Source: Rhizodiscina lignyota (taxonomy: Eukaryota). From it: 64,000 bases of DNA. The position numbers were made by a program, and so were the translations under genes. The notes under the pieces were generated by a model. That model saw only the letters and a program-made list of their open reading frames with translations, was not told where the DNA came from and made no database searches. Below, piece after piece: positions 59,798 through 64,000 of the stretch. Location: NCBI GenBank assembly GCA_010015805.1, contig ML978130.1:434001-498000 (forward strand). The letters run 5' to 3'. Within the stretch, counting starts at the first letter, position 1. Each line of letters opens with the position of its first letter.

Positions 59798-60741
59798 TTA
59801 TTTCTGCATAAAAACCATAAGTACCGCAGCATACGCTGCTGTCGCCGCAAGAACCTCGAATGATTTCGCCCTACTTATAGCCCTCAGCCCTATGGCAAAT
59901 ATAAACACAAAGCAGGTTATGATAGCCAATCTTTTCACATCATCGTCAACCAATCTCAGCCACCACATAGGACCATAAAGCATCATCAGACCTAAACAGA
60001 TGACGATACTATCAGCAAACCATTGCATCATCTCGTCACTGCCGACACGAACTCCTCTTCCAAAGTCTGGTAATCTCTTTGCCCTTCTCCAAAGGAGCCA
60101 TCGTACAAAACGCAACCGTTCGCAGAAATTTTGTATCGAGGATTTACGCTCTCGCCAGTGTCATCAAGTCATTTACGCGCTTAATATAATTCTGCTCCTC
60201 TTCATCCACCGCATTGATGTGGTCTGCGAACCACCGCTGGACATTACGACGTTGGATAGAGGTAGCCGTGTCCTGCTCTTTGATTCGCATGAAAGAAGCT
60301 ACTTGTTTATCGTTTCCACTGCGTTAGATTTATGAATCGTCACTAGACTTACAAAGTGTACTCACTATACTTATGGAGCAAAGGTTGGAGCTCACGTACT
60401 AATTCCCCTCGTCGCCGCCTCTCATTATGCTCGCTGTTGTCCCACGCTAGGCTGTCCATGCGGCTTGCGGCACTTTCGAGATCAGTATCGTCCCTGCATC
60501 CCTGGTCCAAATCACAGAGTTGTACTTCCAGTTGCGTGATCTGAAACTGAAGATCCAAAAGCACGCGAATATTCAGCGCGCCAAACCGCCGCAGCAGTAA
60601 GAAGTCATCGTCAATCGCTGAGAATTCGCAAAATCCTGGATAGCCGATATGCTTCCAAGCTCGTTCATCAATCTCCTGTGTCTGCTTTTCGGGATCTGTC
60701 GTCGTGGGCGTAGTCGAATTTGTGGAATTTGAAGCAGACAT
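59798..60741 (-). pseudogene. DUF6594-like membrane protein gene, disrupted
   Basis: GYPGFCEF...RRFGALNIRVLLDLQ..I..LE..L; C-terminal TMs ending ATAAYAAVLMVF. Frameshift/stop near 60145 and no in-frame AG acceptor near 60310. Confidence 0.75.
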
Positions 60742-61382
60742 GGTTTGGCTTATCTCAAGGCTCGTGCAACTTGATCGATTGAGTAGATTTGAGATGGAAC
60801 ACTTGTCTTGTTTCTATGTGCGTTGTCAAGGCAGAGAGGCAACGATATGTCTGCCTTGCAGACTCACCCAGACCGGTCAAACATGCACCGACGTGCATGT
60901 TAGCTGCACCACAACAGGGATTCGCTTTTCTATATTGTATGCCTATTCGCCCAGCAAATATTGATGCAAGCAGGCCGCCATTCTGTCACAATACGAGAAA
61001 CCACGAGATCTTATGATGCGCAGTTATAAGCCGGTCTGGGATGGATCGTATGATTATAACTGTTAACTATATCCCCAGGCTAGGCCTTGCGTACAGTATA
61101 CTAAGTATTTGAGTCCTTCGATAATACACGGTAGCGGCCTCCTATGACCTACACTAGTCACATCAAACAATCGCTTATGATTTTATAGAGCCTCTATCGG
61201 CATCTCAGCCGAAAGTTGCGGATGCCAAGTACAACCACATCGTTCTCAGGCTTCAGCACTACTCTATCCTAGCCTTAGCCTTTCATCTTCAACCACTCTC
61301 GGCACTACTCACTTATATCACGACTTATAAGTTATAACCCTGCCTCTGCCATTAGCTTAATAGATTTTCGAACTCTACTTCC

Positions 61383-61659
61383 ATGGCGAACAACGAAGGA
61401 ACGATCTTAGCGACATATTCACAACGCCTCTGCTTAACTGGGGCCAGCAAGAATGCCCCTGACTTCAGCCAGAAGCCGAAAACGCCGAATCCTGCCACGC
61501 CTCCCTCTCCCACGTGCAGCCAGTGTGGGATGGAATTAAAGAAATGGCCAGGGTTAGTTCAAAGCTTATGATTTAGTGAATTCGCACGCTGACTACGAAC
61601 GTTTTAGCAGAGGGTGGTTATGTCCTAGCAGGTGTCGCAAGCCGAAGTTGGAAGCTTAG
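61383..61659 (+). CDS. Putative 73-aa microprotein with a C4 zinc-ribbon-like motif, 2 exons
   Basis: Intron 61553..61607 (GTTAGT..GCTGAC..TAG) yields CSQCGMELKKWPGRGWLCPSRC. Confidence 0.5.
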
Positions 61660-62012
61660 AATATAGCTGTGTAGTATTTTGGCTTAGTGCGGCTTCCGTC
61701 TCTCCTTTTTGTTCACTACTGCCAAAGTTCGTGATTTAAGGTATCGCCTTCTTAGCACGTAATAGAGTACAGCACCGAGATTATTTTAGTCTAAGCGCGT
61801 GTCTGGCATGGCATCGCGTTGTGCCTTCAGATATTTGACATGGTCTCTGTTTTACGTTTTAACATGTCTTTTGCTTAATAGACATGATATCGCCGTTTAT
61901 ACTTGAAAATCACTATTTCCATTTTTTCTTAAAATAAAAATGCTATTTTTGGACCAAAGAATCACAGTAGCCCCATCATATGCCCGGCAATTTGCTCGAA
62001 GATTGGCCAAAA

Positions 62013-62285
62013 CTGCTGAGAAGTCGTTGGATTTCTTAAGCTTCGCGGGAAACATGCGTTTCTTATTCGGATTTACCGTTTATTAGTGCGTCCCTTAACA
62101 GACTTAACCATATGAACAATGAATCAAATAAGGTGCCTATCTCATTTTGTTCTCTCTCCGCTAGGTTCGAAATCGTAATTCTCGCAAACAGCGCTTTCTC
62201 TTCGGGGACTCTTAAACATGCCTTCGAAATCAGCCCGCCCTGGTCACCAGCACCAATACAACGTCCGCGTCTCGTAGGTAGTCTT
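62013..62285. repeat. Direct repeat, copy B (pairs with 58110..58410)
   Basis: Collinear with copy A apart from small indels. Confidence 0.92.
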
Positions 62286-63401
62286 CTCAGAAAATGCCTC
62301 ACTATATGGCAGCATCTTATGCCTGGGTACGAAATCTGATTCCTGGACGCCCTGTACCATGGCATCTCTCAGGTTCACTGGCTTGTGCGTGAATCTTGCG
62401 AAATATGCCTCTCCAACGAGATCCAAATGCCGATTCTCCAAATCACTTGATACAAGCGAGTTCCCAAATTCATCATCGTGTGCTGTTACAAGCATTTGCG
62501 GCTGGCACCCACCCTTCCCGTTGTTAGTAGAGTAATCCAGGACCTTGACATTTTTGGTACCGAGTTTGTTTCCTCGGCGAAGCATTGTCGATCGTAATAA
62601 GCATATGAATGCAGCAGCGTCATGCTTACCGCTGCAGAATTCATCATCACATGGCCCATCATCGTTGCCGCTGGAGCATCTGTAGTGTCTATAATGCCTG
62701 CTATGGAGGTGGACACGCACACGCAGGCTTTGGAGATTACGAACTTTCAAAAGCTCCTGCCCAACTTTGTACATGGCGTCCTCTGGCTGCCAGTCTTGGA
62801 TTGTGGGCATCCAATCTACGGAAAGCATGAGACCCAGATGGCTTAGCGATAACATTCGACCCAGCATTCGGGCGAGCCTTATTAGTTCTCGAGGCTCATA
62901 AGTTTCTCCTTTGGTGAAGTCCACCTCCACCGACTTGAGCATAGCAAGCTTGGAAGCGTGAGTGTTGATAAGAAATTTTTTAGACAAAACCCAGGCGCAA
63001 GCTCCGACATGTCTCGGTACACCCAGTCGGCGCGTGTGAAGGGCACAGAGCTGAACTGAAAGGTATTTTTAGACCAGAGGATCGCGGTAGCCTCGACATA
63101 TATTTGTCGATTTGCTCGAAGAATGGCCAAAGAAGATGACAGCGGGCTTTCATCAGTTGCGAGAGTTGAACCGAACATATGACACGGCGACTCTATATGG
63201 TTATTAACTGAGGGTTCGAAGTGGATATCATAGTCAAAAGGCGACATGCATACCTTGTTCCCAAGCCTCTTCCTCATCATCCGGCCCTACATCGTCTGGG
63301 TTGCCATATCCTCGCAAGCAAATACTGTGACGGACCAAAGCATACCCGTAGATTTTGTCGCGCAGCTCTTTCGGCAGATCCAGGAATGATTTGATCGCCA
63401 T
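62244..63401 (-). pseudogene. F-box-like tandem family member 3, frameshifted at an A6 run (or a sequence error)
   Basis: FLDLPKELRDKIYGYAL; ILRANRQIYVEATAILWSKNTFQF; RRGNKLGT...DDEFGNSLV. The frame changes at 62976-62981. Confidence 0.72.
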
Positions 63402-64000
63402 TTCGATTGCATTGATCGGGCACGATTGAATGTTGATGGAAGTGCCTGAAGTTTGAGAAGTACGGGATTGCTGCTGTGAATAATCCGGAATATGGTCTTG
63501 CGAAACTTGGATTAGTGTCTGGCAACGCGTATACGGACGACAGAAACTCGGTCTCTGAAGACGGAAGAAAAAAAGAATCAAGGCTCTACGTATGGCGGGG
63601 TACGGAGTATACAGAATTGACCAGGCAAGGACTCATGAGATTAAACGGTTGGTAATGGGACAGTCATTCGATGTCTCTAAGCGTTGAAATACTTCAACCA
63701 CTCATCATCCATCTATTATGTTCGCATTGTTAACCAGAACTTCGTAGATTTGGGACAAACAGGTTCAGTCAAAACTCCAATTACTAGGTGAGTAGTTACG
63801 GCAAGCAGAGTAGACACGCTGTTAACTTCGCAGGGACATCTTGGGGCGTCGAGTCTCAGTTTGATGCATCGCCGACGTTCTGTAGAGAAGTGCTGGAGAG
63901 GTACAAATGATCGCGTGCCGTTTCCCGAGCGCAGTGGCCAATTGCTAGACGAATCGCAAGAAAATTGTCCAGTAAAGCTGCGTTCGGATGCATGGAAGCA

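Noticed and set aside
29000..64000. Starship or other intact transposon
   Set aside because: No tyrosine recombinase, DDE transposase, reverse transcriptase, LTR pair or convincing target-site duplication recognised.

Overview
Eukaryotic DNA from a filamentous ascomycete (Pezizomycotina; short GT-AG introns with CTRAC branch points). It has two compartments. About 1-29 kb is mostly conserved core genes: Rad9/Crb2 checkpoint mediator, SYLF/Ysc84 protein, TRM61, cysteinyl-tRNA synthetase, SDH3, a WD40 protein, the CAF-1 large subunit and an intact SPO11, with a few oxidoreductases among them. About 29-64 kb looks accessory. It holds orphan genes, a tandem pair of BAH-like + Myb/SANT-like genes, a GH71 glucanase, a small secreted Cys-rich protein beside AT/TpA-rich relic DNA, and an inverted paralog pair flanking an aldo-keto reductase and a C2H2+Zn2Cys6 factor. 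It ends in a decaying tandem array of F-box-like genes interrupted by pseudogene debris (Ctr copper transporter, NB-ARC, DUF6594). No tRNA/rRNA gene, CRISPR array or intact transposase was recognised. All family calls come from reading motifs by eye; no searches were run, and exon boundaries are manual.
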